Assembly: GCF_009914755.1 (NCBI RefSeq)
Contig: NC_060936.1
Direction: 5' to 3' (one strand)
Source of the DNA: the human T2T-CHM13v2.0 reference genome, Homo sapiens
DNA: 64,000 nucleotides
Below are positions 44,010 to 61,139 of the stretch, in pieces (position 1 is the first letter of the stretch; each line of letters opens with the position of its first letter). The translations under genes were made by a program, and so were the position numbers. The notes below the pieces were generated by a model. It saw only the letters and a program-made list of their open reading frames with translations. It had not been told where the DNA came from and made no database searches.

Positions 44010-44069
44010 TTTGTTTTATATATATATATCCTATTAGTTCTGTCCCTCTAGAGAACCCTGACTAACACA
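43441..44069 (+). mobile_element. MLT2A (HERV-L) solo LTR with expanded (TA)n
   Basis: 'tgtgatggttaatactgagtgtcaa...agagaaccctgactaacaca'; TSD 'ggcac' at 43436-43440 and 44070-44074. Confidence 0.9.
43829..44030. repeat. Complex (TA)n repeat with duplicated and inverted flank segments
   Basis: Read directly; perfect palindrome at 43962-44015. Confidence 0.92.
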
Positions 44070-45100
44070 GGCACTGATCCATGACTTAATCACTTCCCAA
44101 AAGGACTCACCTCTTCATACTATCACATTGGGTATTAGTTCCAACATATGAATTTGAGGGGGACACTAACATTTAGACAATAGCAGGTGGTAAAAAAGAC
44201 ACATTGTCCTCACCTTATGGAGGTTCCCTAAGGGTGGAAGGGATGGAAGATATACAAGGATTAAACAGTTCAAGCTACAGGACAAGGGTTGTCTTAAGAA
44301 AGATGGCTTGACTGAGAGAAAGCAAATTGGTGTTCTTCAGTCTTTTCATGGGTGCTAGATACTTCCTTGTTGCCATTTCTGCATTGCCAGAGCCACACAC
44401 ACACACACACAGAACACAATAGACTTTGTACAGCTTCCAGTGCAAAATTAGAAACCAGAGCTCAATATCTAGTTGACAGTGACAATATGGTTATTAGAAA
44501 AGCCTAAGTATGACATGTCTTGAATAATCAATGATTGAATCATGTGCCTTTAAGCTTAGCTTATGCCAAATGCCTCCAGGAAAGGTTATTTAAAAAAAAA
44601 AAAACTCAGAATGTGCTCACTGGCTTACAGTGATTGAGTTATGCTGTGGGCCATGGTAACTTCTCTGCAGTGCTCAAAATAGATGAAGGGCAGATCAGTC
44701 ACCCTGGGGAATTTTATCTGCCTCATTTATGCATCCAGAGATGCTGCTTACATAAAGCCGAAATAAGCACAACCAAAAGGCACCAAGGAAGACGAATAAA
44801 AGGTGACGATTCAAATAGAAACCAAGAAAACAAGAAAGCAATCAACAGCAAAGATCAGGACCAGTCCCTGTTGTAAAGATCTGAGTAAGAATTCGGCCTG
44901 TGAAGATGGTACAGTACCTTTAACTTTCTGATATCTTCTAAGAGGCAGATTTAGAAACCTCTTCCTGGAGAAAGCCACAGCCTCCAGCTGTTCTTGTTCT
45001 ACACATTCAGGCATGGACCCTTGCCACAGCCTCTCAAGGATTCACACTTCACACTGGCAGAGCACTCTCTCACTCCTCCTGGAGATACTGGCTCCTTCTT

Positions 45101-45241
45101 GACCTGCAGGCAGAGCACCAGAACCATGTAAAAATGTGACTCAGGCAACTCACAGATAAGCAAAGACCTCCAGGCAGAGCACCAGAAAGTCAATCAAGAA
45201 CCATGCAAAAATGTGACTCAAGCAACTCAGAGTTAGGCAAA
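45101..45241. repeat. Diverged tandem duplication (45101-45164 and 45165-45241)
   Basis: Both copies read 'gacct.caggcagagcaccagaa...ccatg.aaaaatgtgactca.gcaactca.ag.ta.gcaaa'; copy 2 has a 13-nt insertion. Confidence 0.9.
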
Positions 45242-45253
45242 GAAACTGAAAGT
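45137..45253. promoter_or_regulatory. Candidate enhancer: two AP-1 sites, GATA and ISRE
   Basis: TGACTCA at 45137-45143 and 45214-45220; AGATAA at 45154-45159; GAAACTGAAAGT at 45242-45253; motif evidence only. Confidence 0.35.
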
Positions 45254-46216
45254 TTCAAGAGTTCCCCTTGGCCAAGTTTACACCAAAACATTTTTATTAT
45301 GCGAGTAGTTTTTAAAGGAAATCATTCATCATAAGTTTGCAGAAAAGGTCTGCTCCTTGTCTCCAGTTGCCTTGGAGATCGTCAAGGGGTGGCTGGAGGT
45401 GAATCTAAGAGACTGGAAATTCAGTTCATGGTCAAATCCATCAGTGTTTTAAAACATTCTAAAAAACCCAACAGCACCATCTGTAAGGACTGCATCATTT
45501 GCGAAATTTCTTGCTAAATCAGCTGGCCAAATGCAAAGCCAATTGCTTTGGCTTCCGTACAACACCATGCTGCAGCCAGGAAGTATTTTAAGTGGATAAT
45601 GAGTAGTCTCTTCTCTCAATGAATACGTTCAAATAACATCGACTGCCTGTAATATGCAAAGTTCCTAGTCAAGGCTGCCTTAGGAATTCCTGCCCCTTAA
45701 CTTAACGCTTTAATCTTTATCAGGGAAAATATCCCTCTTCTCTAGTGATGTTTAAGAAATCAATTCCCTGGCAATGGCCCAATACACTTTCCAGCTCATA
45801 CACAGACATGTAAAACTGCACACACAGAGAAACACCCAAATGCACACCATTCGTACTAGTTCTGAGATATGCAAGGCTTACACCCTGCATCCAAGAATGG
45901 CTGCCAAGTTTTTCCTTTATTTAGTTATAATACCTCCTCTAAAATTATTTGGGGACCCAAAATGGCCTTTTTGTGTGAGGAAACACACATAAGAAATACC
46001 TCTCTGCCTTTTTCCCTTGAAAAATATAGTTATCTATGGAAAATCTGTGTGCTCTCTCTCTTTGTCTCTCAGATAAAAGTGGCAAAGCAGATGGAAGCTC
46101 CTTCTGTGAAGAAATCAAATTCTATACTCCTTATATCCAACCTCCATTACTCTATTTTTGTCATTTAAGTTATATAGTAGATATGTAATAAATGCTTCAT
46201 TATTTCACTTATTAAG

Positions 46217-46392
46217 TTGGCTTCTCCCTCAAGGTACTTTAGAACTTTGGTACCCAACAGCAGCTCTGGGATCATGAGCTTATCAGAAATGCAGACACTC
46301 TGGTCCCATCCTAGCCCCCCCTCGAATCAGAATCTGCATTTTAACAAGATTTCTAGGAGATGTGTAAGCACATTAAGGTTTGAGAAGCACTG
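46217..46392. mobile_element. MER5-family hAT fossil
   Basis: 'agaaatgcaga...gaatcagaatctgcattttaacaagat...tttgagaagcactg'. Confidence 0.8.
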
Positions 46393-46412
46393 TTTTGGGA
46401 CACACCTTGATT

Positions 46413-46652
46413 CTCTTTTTTTTTTTTTTTTTTTTAGTTTTGGTTTCTTTTTTTAGACTTAGGGAATACAAGTACAGTTTTGTTACATGGATATATTGTG
46501 TAGTGGTGAAGTCTGGGCTCTTTGTGTACCCATCACCCAAATACTGTACATTGCACCCAACAGGTAATTTCTCATCCCTCATCCCCACTCCCACCCCACC
46601 CTCTTATCTTTTGGAGTTTCCAATATCTATTATTCCACTCTGTATGTTCATT
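46413..46652 (-). mobile_element. 5'-truncated L1PB-like 3' end
   Basis: Poly-T plus 'ttttgttacatggatatattgtgtagtggtgaagtctgggc'; TSD 'acaccttgatt' at 46402-46412 and 46653-46663. Confidence 0.85.
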
Positions 46653-46894
46653 ACACCTTGATTTTTACACTGTTACTGTTAGTCTAGTAAGTTCTCTCAC
46701 TCCGCAAAGATCATGTCTTGCCATGGGGGACACTTTTCTAGAGGATAGTAATTATGAGCTGATGCTTTTGGGCACTAACCATGTGCCAGGAGTGGAGAGG
46801 GCACATAGTTAACATGAGAAAGATTTACTCAGTTAGTAAAAGGTGGAGGCAAGTTGGAACTCAATCTGGCATCTGGGTCCATGTTTTCCAGGTG

Positions 46895-47076
46895 CTGCTT
46901 CCCTTATTGGGCCCCTGCAGGGTGCAGAACGGTCCTACTTTCTGCAAGGTGTTTGACGTCCCTGTCTACCACACACTATAACTGCATGATACCTTCAGAA
47001 TCCTGACAACCTAAGGACTGCCCCCACATTTCCAGACACCCATGTGAGTGGTGCTGATCACACTAAGAACCACAGT
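46895..47076. mobile_element. MER20B-like fossil
   Basis: 'tgacaacctaagg...cccacatttccagacacc...taagaaccac'. Confidence 0.45.
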
Positions 47077-50000
47077 GTCTTGTGTTCATGCAGTAATTTT
47101 GAGAAATTAGTTTCCTGTGATTTGTTTCTTTCTTCCAGTGTTTAACCAAATAATAAAAATCCTTTAACGTTTTACATGTTATTTTTCACTTCAATAGAAG
47201 GCTATCACTATTGAGGGCCTGCTCTATGCAGACTAAAAGATAAGTAAGCTCCTTGCCTCTAGCCACTGACAATCTGGTTAGAGAAATAAGGCCTTAGTAG
47301 ATGCAATAGCTAAGAAACAATTCAAGACACTATAAGATTAAGTCCAGAAATGACCAGAAAGACCTAGATTTATATTCTGGCTTTGTGCCACTTACTAGTG
47401 TGAGCCCAGTGACATTCTGTAAGCCTCTCTTTCCCTACCTGTAAAACGGGGGTATCATTAAACAATGCACATAAATTGCCACCACAGTATGTAAAGCATG
47501 AGATATACTTAATAAATGTTAGCCATATCCACCAATCACCACCCTCTCTGAATCAGGAAGAAATAGGACAAAAATGGGATACAGAGAGGATGTGCGTAAG
47601 AGAATAGACAGCATTCTGGGCAGGAGGCACAGCCAAGCAAAAGCGTGGTGTCAGGAATGTGCATGCCTGCGGCAGAAACTTACAGACTCTCAGACTGGAT
47701 GAAGTGAAGGGTTCCAGTCAAGGAGTTATGAGAAGTGAACACATTAAAGTAAAGATAAGTTTACATTTGTTATGTGGACATGGAATCTCCTGGGGATTTT
47801 TGAATTTCTTCAGTATCACGACTTTCAAATACAGAAGAAATGCAAACCTACACAAAAGAAAATGAAGGAGTCTTCTAGCCATTCCCCCAGGGCTTCCCAC
47901 ACCAATGAGCGCGGATGCATCTATTACCAATCAATGTCTTTAAGAAGCCTGAAGAAATAAATGCATGGCACTGCTGTGGGACATATTTTTAATTCTTCTT
48001 TAAGTTCAAACCTGCCATCTAATTTATTTTCACTTTCAGTAAATGCCTTTTAAGCTTCTCAGACTTGAGCTAAGTCACATAGCTGATAAATAAATAGGAT
48101 AAACCTACAGGAATATACTTGGTTCTTCAATCTTATGAAGTCTGAAAAATTGTATAAAGTCGACAACTTCAGCACTAATGGACCTAAAATGGCCAAGAAG
48201 CTATTGCTACTACTGTGTTACAATCGCTTTTGCTGGAGCATTCTTGTTTCTGCTGCTCATTAGGAAAAGTACTATCACACCCAGCAGAAAAGAATAATTG
48301 GCAAATCAACTAATTAAGGCAATATCGACACTCCTCTTGTCACCCAGTCACTTCTTTGTTGTAAATAAGCTTACTTGCTTACATTAAAGTCATTAGCTCT
48401 TCATATGTAAATAATAATGCACTTGAATTTAAACTGATTAGATATCTGAAAACAAACTTCAGTCCACTCTAATCTGGCCAGGATAGGGAAAACAAAGAGC
48501 ATTATTGTCTTACTTAACCTGGTAAATTCAACACAACTGTATGAAGCTTCCGAATTCATTAATATCCAAATTCACCTTCCCTCCTGGACATTAGCCGGAA
48601 TTCTATCTTTAGTTGTAAGACACACTATACTAAACAAATACTATAGTAATTAAAGAAACCACCCATTTCCTTCCCCCTAAGTTCCAGGAAGCCATGTTAT
48701 TTCTGCAAACCAATTTCTATTTGCTGACTATTCTCCAGGGCTTTTAAAAGCAAATAAAATGTACCGGAAACTGTTTTCCAAATGACAACAAAGAATACAT
48801 CTCCTACTCTCTCTTCTCCCCCAACAGGAAAAAACAAACAAACAAAAAAAGTGTGTGTTTGTGTGAATTTAAGGCATATACATTTAGGGTCTTGTTAAAT
48901 CCTGAAAGATTGAAAGCCCCACAGTGTCCTGAAAGGAAATGTTTGAAGAAACTTCTCAAGTCTCTAAAGTTAGCTGGATCCTTTGCGACACTCACCTCTC
49001 ATTTTGGCTCCTATAATTACCCCCTTTAACTTAATGCTGTTTATTTTTATATCTCTTCCCATCTTTCCTCATACCACTTTGTTTACAGCTGGTTAAAAAA
49101 AAAAGTTTATATTCACATATGTTCAATTCTGTCTTCATTTTCACTTCTCAGTTTCCCCTGCCCCATTTACCCTAGTGGGTTTGTTTGTTGGTTTTTTGTT
49201 TTAACTTCTTTATCATTGTCATTCTTCAGTCTAAACAGGATGAATTATTGATATAATCCCCAGCAAACAACTTCTTAACCACTTCCCACTCCTGAACCTT
49301 TAGTTTTTATTAAAGCACAAAGATTTATGTCAACCAAGAGTCCCATATAGTTCATTTCATCATGGGAGGAAGGGGGTTGGGAGAGGGGAGGAAATGAGAC
49401 TTATTTTCATCCTGTTTGGATCCAAGACAAAGATCTTATGTCATCCAAAAGGGAGCCAAGACAAGACAGAGCCCCATGGTAATTGCCCACACTCTAACCT
49501 TTCTTGTCTCCCTTCTTGTCCCTCACAAATACCTCCCAGCAGGCCAGATTATTTTGTTAGAGAAGCTCCAAGCTGCCTACAACCCTGTAACAGGATAAAA
49601 GCTCTAGCAAGGTTTATGCAATGGACACTTATTTCCCTCACATCTCCCCTTCCTGCTCCTCAGATGATACCCTTCACTTCCTGTCCAGGTCAGGTTCCTG
49701 TACCGGAGGGCCACCCCAGGGTGCACTTCCTGCCTTCTAGCTGGTTTCATTGTCTGTGCCCTTAAAGCCCAGTCTTCCCCACGGGCTCCTGTGCTTTTCC
49801 ACCCATCACATCATTCTGTTTACCTCTTGTTTGCTTTTTACTCCTTCCAAACTATCTCCTAGACCTGGAGTTCTCTCCCAGCTCTTTGCCTACATACCAA
49901 TCTCAGCCTTTCTTAAAACCACGTTTCTCCCAGCAGTCACTCAGTAACTGCAGCCAATCAGGATTTTTGATATCCTGTCAACTTTGATTTGTTCTACCAA

Positions 50001-50814
50001 CTTCATGGTGAAAATAACCACCACCTGCCGCATGATTCAGTCTTTTAAAGGCCTAGAACCACACACTTAACTAGGAATATTTGATATCTGAATTATGCTG
50101 TTTATCAAACCAAAGCCATGCTTTTGCTTTTGTGGGAGTTTTGTTTGTTTTACACTAAGCAAGACTATACCTACTGGCTACCTCCTCTGACCCCCTAGGT
50201 TAGATTACTTCCTACAGTTATTCTTTTACTCATAATCCACTTTACCTTTTGTTGTTGTATTTACGTATTTTGTTAGTGTACTGTGTGTAATAAATAGTTT
50301 GTCTAATTTTCAGTTTAGATAAGTTTTTCCCCCACCAACCTATAAATGTGTGAACTTATGAAGGGTTGGGGGAGCCAGGTGTTTCCTTGTCAAGCTGCCT
50401 CCCTTTCTGTCTCTTCCGCCTTCATTACTGTTCTGTTGCCAGCACAAACACAGGCCTGGCACATATGAGTTGATCAATAAATATATATTAAATGATGTGT
50501 ATTCTCACACTATTTAAAAACTGGATAAATAATAAACACACGTGTACATACATACTGAATGAATGATACCACCACCCTTCCCCCACCCCCAGTCTTCTCC
50601 TTTCAGCACCACATCTGGTCCTCACCTCCAAGCATGGCAGCAGGCTGACCCTGCTAGGACTAGAGAAGCATATGCCGTACCCCTTGTTGAGCACATGGAT
50701 ACCTTTGAGGTCCTTCCTGAAACAGTGTTCAGGGTACAATTACGGTGGTAAGCCTGCCTTTAGCTGAAACAATGCATCTTTCTTTAATATTCTTCATTTT
50801 TTAAAAAAACCCAT

Positions 50815-52536
<1,722 letters not shown>

Positions 52537-52998
52537 TACCCCTTTATATCTGCTCTCTACACCAGCACATTATATAATCTGATATCTCTGGGCTCTGTGG
52601 TGACTGATTTTGACATATATACAGGAAGTTCTTCAAACATGATTAGAAGTTGGTGAAAGATTAGTTTTTTGCTTTTACTTTGTAGAAGCCATTAATGTGG
52701 GGTATATTGCATAATAATAAATTATTCAGATTATAAATCTACAGAAATTAGTTCATCATGATCAATACCTCTAAGTGAATTGGTATGTGGGATTCCATTT
52801 TCATAATATAATTAGTTTTAAGATATTCAAATTAAGGGAAGTTAAGATCACTGTGAAAAGTACTGGGTCTCCTGATTTCTAAGTAGGAGAATAGTGCATT
52901 TTGGTCTTAATACTAATACATCTAAATTACATTGTTTCCCAATTAGTTACTTTCTTACTTAGTTAATTTCCCACTTAGTTACTTAGTTACTTAGTTAA

Positions 52999-53311
<313 letters not shown>

Positions 53312-53731
53312 CTCACTTAAATGCAAATTTCTATAACTTATTTTCATCAAATCACATCTTACTGGTGTTACTAAAGCCCTGGCTATTGAAAAGTATTCAA
53401 TGAATGATGGAAAGCTAGCGAAGGAGGCCATTTGCTGATGAATTTAAGTGATCCTATCACATGAAAATTTATTTTTTTAAAATAAACTATGAATTGTCAG
53501 TTTTGAAAACTGTCACTTCTTAGCCACAAAGAACTTAATGGGTAACTTTTCTTTCTTATCAAAAACTCTAGATTATCATTCTATTCATATGTCCAACATA
53601 AACTATGTCATTTCCTTACACTAATTTTTGTGTCCTACACTCGCAAAGATAATATATTATCTCCTATTTTCAAATTCTTCTGTGCTTAGAGAAGTGATGT
53701 TTACTTGGCTCATTAAAAGTATACTCAATAA

Positions 53732-53870
53732 GGGCTGGGTATGGAGGCCCATGCTTATAATCCCAGCACTTTAGGAGGCCAAGGAGGGAGGACTGCTTAA
53801 GACCAGGAGTTCAAGACCAGCTTGAGCAACATAGCAAGGCCCCATCTCTATCAAAAAACAAAAACAAATA
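53732..53870 (+). mobile_element. FLAM_C-like monomer
   Basis: Left monomer plus A tail; TSD 'aagtatactcaat'. Confidence 0.85.
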
Positions 53871-53912
53871 CATTTTTTTAAGTATACTCAATGAATTCTT
53901 GTTGTTTTAATG

Positions 53913-54130
53913 CAGGGCTTCTCAACCTCAGCACTGCTGACACTTGGACCAGATAATTCTTTGTTGTGGGGCCCGCCCTGTGCATTGTAGGATGTTTTCT
54001 GACAGCTTTGGCCTCTACCAGCTAGACACCAGTAGCACCTTTCCATTTGTAACAACCAAAAATGTTTACAGACATTATCAAATGTCCTATGGGGGTGGGG
54101 GACTAAATTGCCTCCAGTTGAGAATCACTG
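53913..54130. mobile_element. MER20 hAT-Charlie fossil
   Basis: 'cagggcttctcaacctcagcactgctgaca...gttgagaatcactg' with terminal inverted repeats. Confidence 0.88.
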
Positions 54131-54147
54131 TTCTTTTGCTTTTTAGG

Positions 54148-54507
<360 letters not shown>

Positions 54508-55889
54508 TAATCTATTGTTTTCTTCCAAATAAGAAGACAATATTAAGTCATTATTTTTATTTTCCACTTTATTCTTTATCAGTAATATTTGCAATACTTA
54601 ACTGAACATATATATACTATGTGCCAAGTAAGCACTTCACATTTAGTAATTATCTCATTTAATCCTCACTACCAGGCTATGAGGTAGGTCATATTATCAC
54701 CATTTTCAGAAGAGGGAAGTGGAGGATTGAGAGGCTAAGTAATTAGTAAGGATACAGCTGGGGAACAACCCCAGATCCAACTGACATTAGCGCTCATTCT
54801 CTTGATCACTACATCTATCCAGCTCAAAATCTCTAGTCAGAATTCCAAAGTTCTGGTCCCAACGACACAACTTGCATCTTGGGAAAATCATAAAACCTTC
54901 TTGAACCATAATTTTCTCATACCTAAAGTGATATCAATTATAATTTATATTTCAAAGCATTGGGAGTATTTGATGAAAGAGCACCTAAGTGTGATCAGCT
55001 CATACTTAGTTATAAGGTATTGTTATTGTATAAATAAAAGTACATTAATTTTCTGATATATTTTTACTTCAGGAATTTAGCCATAAAAGAGAATACTGAA
55101 TAATTTAAACAATGCTCATAAAGCGCCAAAAATAATTGTCTTATCTCCCTGCTGTGCAGGAATGACAAATTTTAAAGAACTACATTATTAAATCTACAGA
55201 ACATTTTATAATAATACTTAACTCCCACTCATGTTTCTTTTAATTCCTCTTCTTATAAAACAGACCCAGTGCACTTTTGTAAATTTCTAGAACATAGATT
55301 TCTGACCACTCAATATTATGTCCATTTCCTTATGTGACTTTACAAAAACATAATTTTAAGTGGTACTGTCTCCCTTGTCTACCCTAATTAAGCATATTGG
55401 CAGCAGAAAGCATTCACTTTGCCTTCTCGGACATGGAGTACAGGAATGTGTGCATTTTCCCCTCTGGAATGAGTTTTGCTCTCATAACAGATGAAATACT
55501 TGTAAGATAAATTTTTAAATAAAAATAAATTATCGTCAGATTTTCTAAAGTGTGGCACGGATGTCCCAATAGCCCAAAGACAAACTCAGGGAGCCAACTT
55601 TGGCATTCCAACAGTCCTACTGACCTCCACCCGATATAAAGCTCTGTCCATAATTACAATACAGAATTACGGCTGTAAATTCCCAAGATTCCTTTGGCAA
55701 TGAAGGAGCCTCTAGTTCTCTGAATATGTCAGGTGTCTCCATCCCATGTCCATTTCTGTAATAGAACATCAAAGTATTAGCTCCATGGGGACCATGAATT
55801 GTCTGTTTTGTTCATTGCTACCAGGATCTGGAACAAGTATCTAAGATTCAAACCAATTTGAGAGCACACATTAGGCGCCAGACACTTGT

Positions 55890-57229
<1,340 letters not shown>

Positions 57230-57954
57230 TGAGTGGGGTTTCTTTCCACCAGAAACCAAATATGTGGTGTCTTTTCCAACAATTCAATTCAATTCAATTC
57301 TGACACTGACTCCCAGAGTTAGCGCCAGATCCCACAGGTTAAGGGCTCAGTCCCATAAGACTGTCCTCCCTTCAGATGCCAGCTCTCAGTGAATGCCCAG
57401 GCTACCCACATTTCTGCTAGACTGACTATAAATTCAGGGGTTCCCCTGACCCCCCCACTTAGATTCAATAATTTGCTAAAATGACTCTCAGTACCCAGAA
57501 AAATGCTTTACTTATTGTTACCAGTTTATTGTAAAAGGTACCACTCAGGAATAGCCAGATGGAAGAGATGCTTAGGGCAAGGTATGGGGGAAGGGAAGGA
57601 CACAGAGATTCCATGCCCTTTCAGGGTACGCTATCCTCCCAGCACCTCAACATGCTTACCAAACCCCATCATTAGAGGTTTCTATGGATATCTTATTACA
57701 TAGGTGTGATTGCAGCCATAGGTGATTAACTCAATCTCCAGCCTCTCTCCTCTCCCTGGAGGTTGGGAGGTAAGGCTAAAAAAGTTCCGGGCTTCTAAAC
57801 AAGGCTTGGTCTTTCTGGGGACCAGCTCCCATCCTGAAACTATGGGCCTCCCAAAGTCACCTCATTAGAACAAAAGATGCTCTTATCACCCTCCTCACTC
57901 AGGAAATTCCAGAAGTTTTAGGAGCTCACCAAATATCTTTCTTATTGTACTACA
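57230..57954 (-). mobile_element. MER21-family LTR (5' LTR)
   Basis: 'caattcaattctgacact...cccacaggttaagggctcagtccc...caggaaattccagaagttttaggagc'. Confidence 0.8.
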
Positions 57955-57958
57955 ATGA

Positions 57959-58228
<270 letters not shown>

Positions 58229-58431
58229 TAAAATCTAACTAAGAAAATTCATGTGGCTACCACTAAAACAAATAGAGGAACGCATTTCAGGCAGAAATTG
58301 ATTTTCCCCCTTTTCCTGATTATTTGAGTAATACTGTCTTTTGACTTAAACCCCAATCTCTTGGTTTGTCAGTGTAGACCTGAGACTTGCTATACAACAA
58401 AGGAGACATAAAATGCACATGTCCATATTTT

Positions 58432-58513
58432 TATACATTTAAAGTTCTGGAAGTTGACTAAAACCTAGAGCATATACACTTAAAATTCTGTAAATTGACT
58501 AAAACCTAGAGCA
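58432..58513. repeat. 41-bp tandem duplication (4 mismatches)
   Basis: Units at 58432-58472 and 58473-58513. Confidence 0.9.
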
Positions 58514-58712
58514 GTGTAGTGCAATGATCAAGAGCATGTCATGCTGGCATCAGACTACCAGAGGGCCTATCCTGGCTTAACTTTGTGCTTCAGTTTTCTC
58601 ATCCGGCAAATGGGGATGATGACAGTAACAGTACTTCATCCTTGGGTTTTTAGTAATACATAAACAGCACTGAAAACAGTAGTAGACCCATAGTGTGTAG
58701 TTATTTACTAAT
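58514..58712 (+). mobile_element. MIR
   Basis: 'gtgtagtgcaatgatcaagagcatg...cttcagttttctcatccggcaaatgggg'. Confidence 0.7.
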
Positions 58713-59165
58713 TATCTATAATTAAGTTATTTGCCATGTCACCTAATGATTTGCTATGTTTCCCCTGGTTGCTGCAGCAAAAACTTCTGATTTATAAGCA
58801 TTAAAGGATCAGTTCCCTTAACGCTGAACTGTGGGGAATTGGTGGGCTCTGCCTTCCAGCAGCACTCTGCAGATGAATTACTCTGCAACTCTCATAACTC
58901 TAGGGACATGCTCACCACATATTTTTAAGATGATTTTTATCTTTAATTTTTGCTTACAAATAATTCATCTGTTATGAGAAAAATAACAAGCTCCAAAGGG
59001 AAAAATGCAGACACAAGTCTGTTCCCATTCTGCCTTGAGTCAAAGAATAAGAATTATCTACCAGCAATAAATGTAATGAGAAACAATCTGCAAGTTGTAA
59101 TTTTAAGTTAGACTATAAATTGAGTTCTAGCTCTGTCCACTGTGTTCTTGTAAAATCCAAGTTAA

Positions 59166-59469
<304 letters not shown>

Positions 59470-59496
59470 TCAAGTTAAATATAGTCTCATTACCCT

Positions 59497-59790
59497 GTCA
59501 TATTATTTGGGACTCTTTGTGATGCAAATGACTGAAATCCAACTAAAACTAGCTTAAGCAAAAAGAAAAGGGGGAGGGAAGAAGGGTAAGTTACTGGCTC
59601 TTGCACATTGGAAGCCAAAGGGCATTCTGGCTTTGGCTGGGGTATTGTCATCTGTTCTCTGTCTTCAAGCTCTGCTTCCCTCTGTTGAGCTGGCTTTATT
59701 CTCCAAGAATGAGGATTTGTCTCTTATCAAAAGGAAGGATAACAAAGAAAAGGCATGTTGAGAAGCTCAAGGCAATGCTACTACAGTAGA
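59497..59790 (-). mobile_element. Old MLT1 (J/K/L-like) LTR fragment
   Basis: 'gatgcaaatgactgaaatccaactaaaactagcttaagcaaaaag'. Confidence 0.55.
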
Positions 59791-60127
59791 TAAAACCCTG
59801 AATTATACATGACTGCTAATGTATAAATGAGTTATAGACCCATTTCCTATCCTTAATAAAACCAAATTCTACCCATTATTCAGAGCCCAGGAAAATTGCT
59901 ACCTCTGCCACGAAGCCTTCTCTAATAACCTCAGCCTCTTTGTGATTGCTACTTCATCAAAAGACTGATGTGTTTATTTTCTACGTGGTTTATTTTCCAA
60001 AATAGCACACATTTCTTTGTATTATTACCTTTAAATGTATAAAAATATGGACAAGTACATTTTATATCTCTAAATAAATTCTTTTTTACAACTACCTTTA
60101 TTTTTTTGTATTACTAAAGTTACACAT

Positions 60128-60640
60128 ACTTCAGGCTATCCATGGCAGATTGAACACTCATATTTATTGTAGCGTTTTCCCAATCTCCCCTACCCTCTGC
60201 CCGAATTGCGGTAAAAGACCTTGTTAAAGGTATAGGTACACACAAGGACAAAGAAGAAGCAAAAACAAGAAAATATCAGAAGCTGAAGTGTTGGTGATAA
60301 CTGATTTAGCAAAGCCAAGGAAGCTGAAACAGCTTTGGGAGGAGCTTAGAAGATGGCTGACCTGTGCTATAGAACTCCAGAAAGACTCGGGAATGAGAGG
60401 TCCCAGATATCTCTAGAAAGCAGAGGGTTATTTGAGTGTCCATGTAAGAGCAGTTTGTCCACCAGCCAGAACTCTTTGCTACCCAATGGAGCAAAGTAAC
60501 TGCCCTTCCTCAGCCCAGCAGAAAACAAAGTTTCCTCCTTGAGGAGATGAAACAGGGAGATCCAGGCATCAAGATCACCAGGCCTAGTTGGGGTCAAGGG
60601 CATACTACCAAGATCAAGGACACCAGGCTCAGCTGGGTTT
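60128..60640 (+). mobile_element. HAL1/ancient L1 5' fragment
   Basis: 'atggcagattgaacac...cacaaggacaaagaag...taactgatttagcaaagccaaggaagctga' resembles the recalled HAL1 5' region. Confidence 0.5.
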
Positions 60641-61139
60641 GGGGAGTGGTCATTACATAGTAATCCATGCAACTCCAAATCTAACAACAGCAAAATGACA
60701 TTACAACTTACATTTATTGAACATTCATTGTGTACTAGCCACTGTGCTGAGAATTTTCAGTACAGTACCTCACAACTAATTCTCAAATAAATCTGATGAG
60801 GTAAGTACTATTTTCTTGCCACTTTAAAAGGTAAGTAAATCAAGTCTTTCACGGTTAAGAAATTGGCCAAAGAACCCACAACTAATCAGTGGCAAAGCCC
60901 AGCTTCGGACCCTGAATACTATATCAGTGATACTATATCACTCCCATTTATCAATTAATTTGTTCATTTATTCGTTCAACAAACATTTTCTATGTGGCAG
61001 ATACTGCTTCATTAAGGTTTATAAAGATGAATATAATATATGAGTTTCTATCCCCAAGAAGCTCTCAGTATGAAGAGGCAACAAATTAATAAACAAATGT
61101 CACTGGTACATTGAATAAGTAGGTCTCCAAACTAGGGTT

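Larger units (their letters stand above)
43225..44185 (-). mobile_element. MLT1A/MST-type MaLR LTR split by MLT2A
   Basis: 'tcttagtctgttcaggctactataacaaaatacc...' resumes at about 44070 and runs to 'atttagacaatagca'. Confidence 0.75.
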
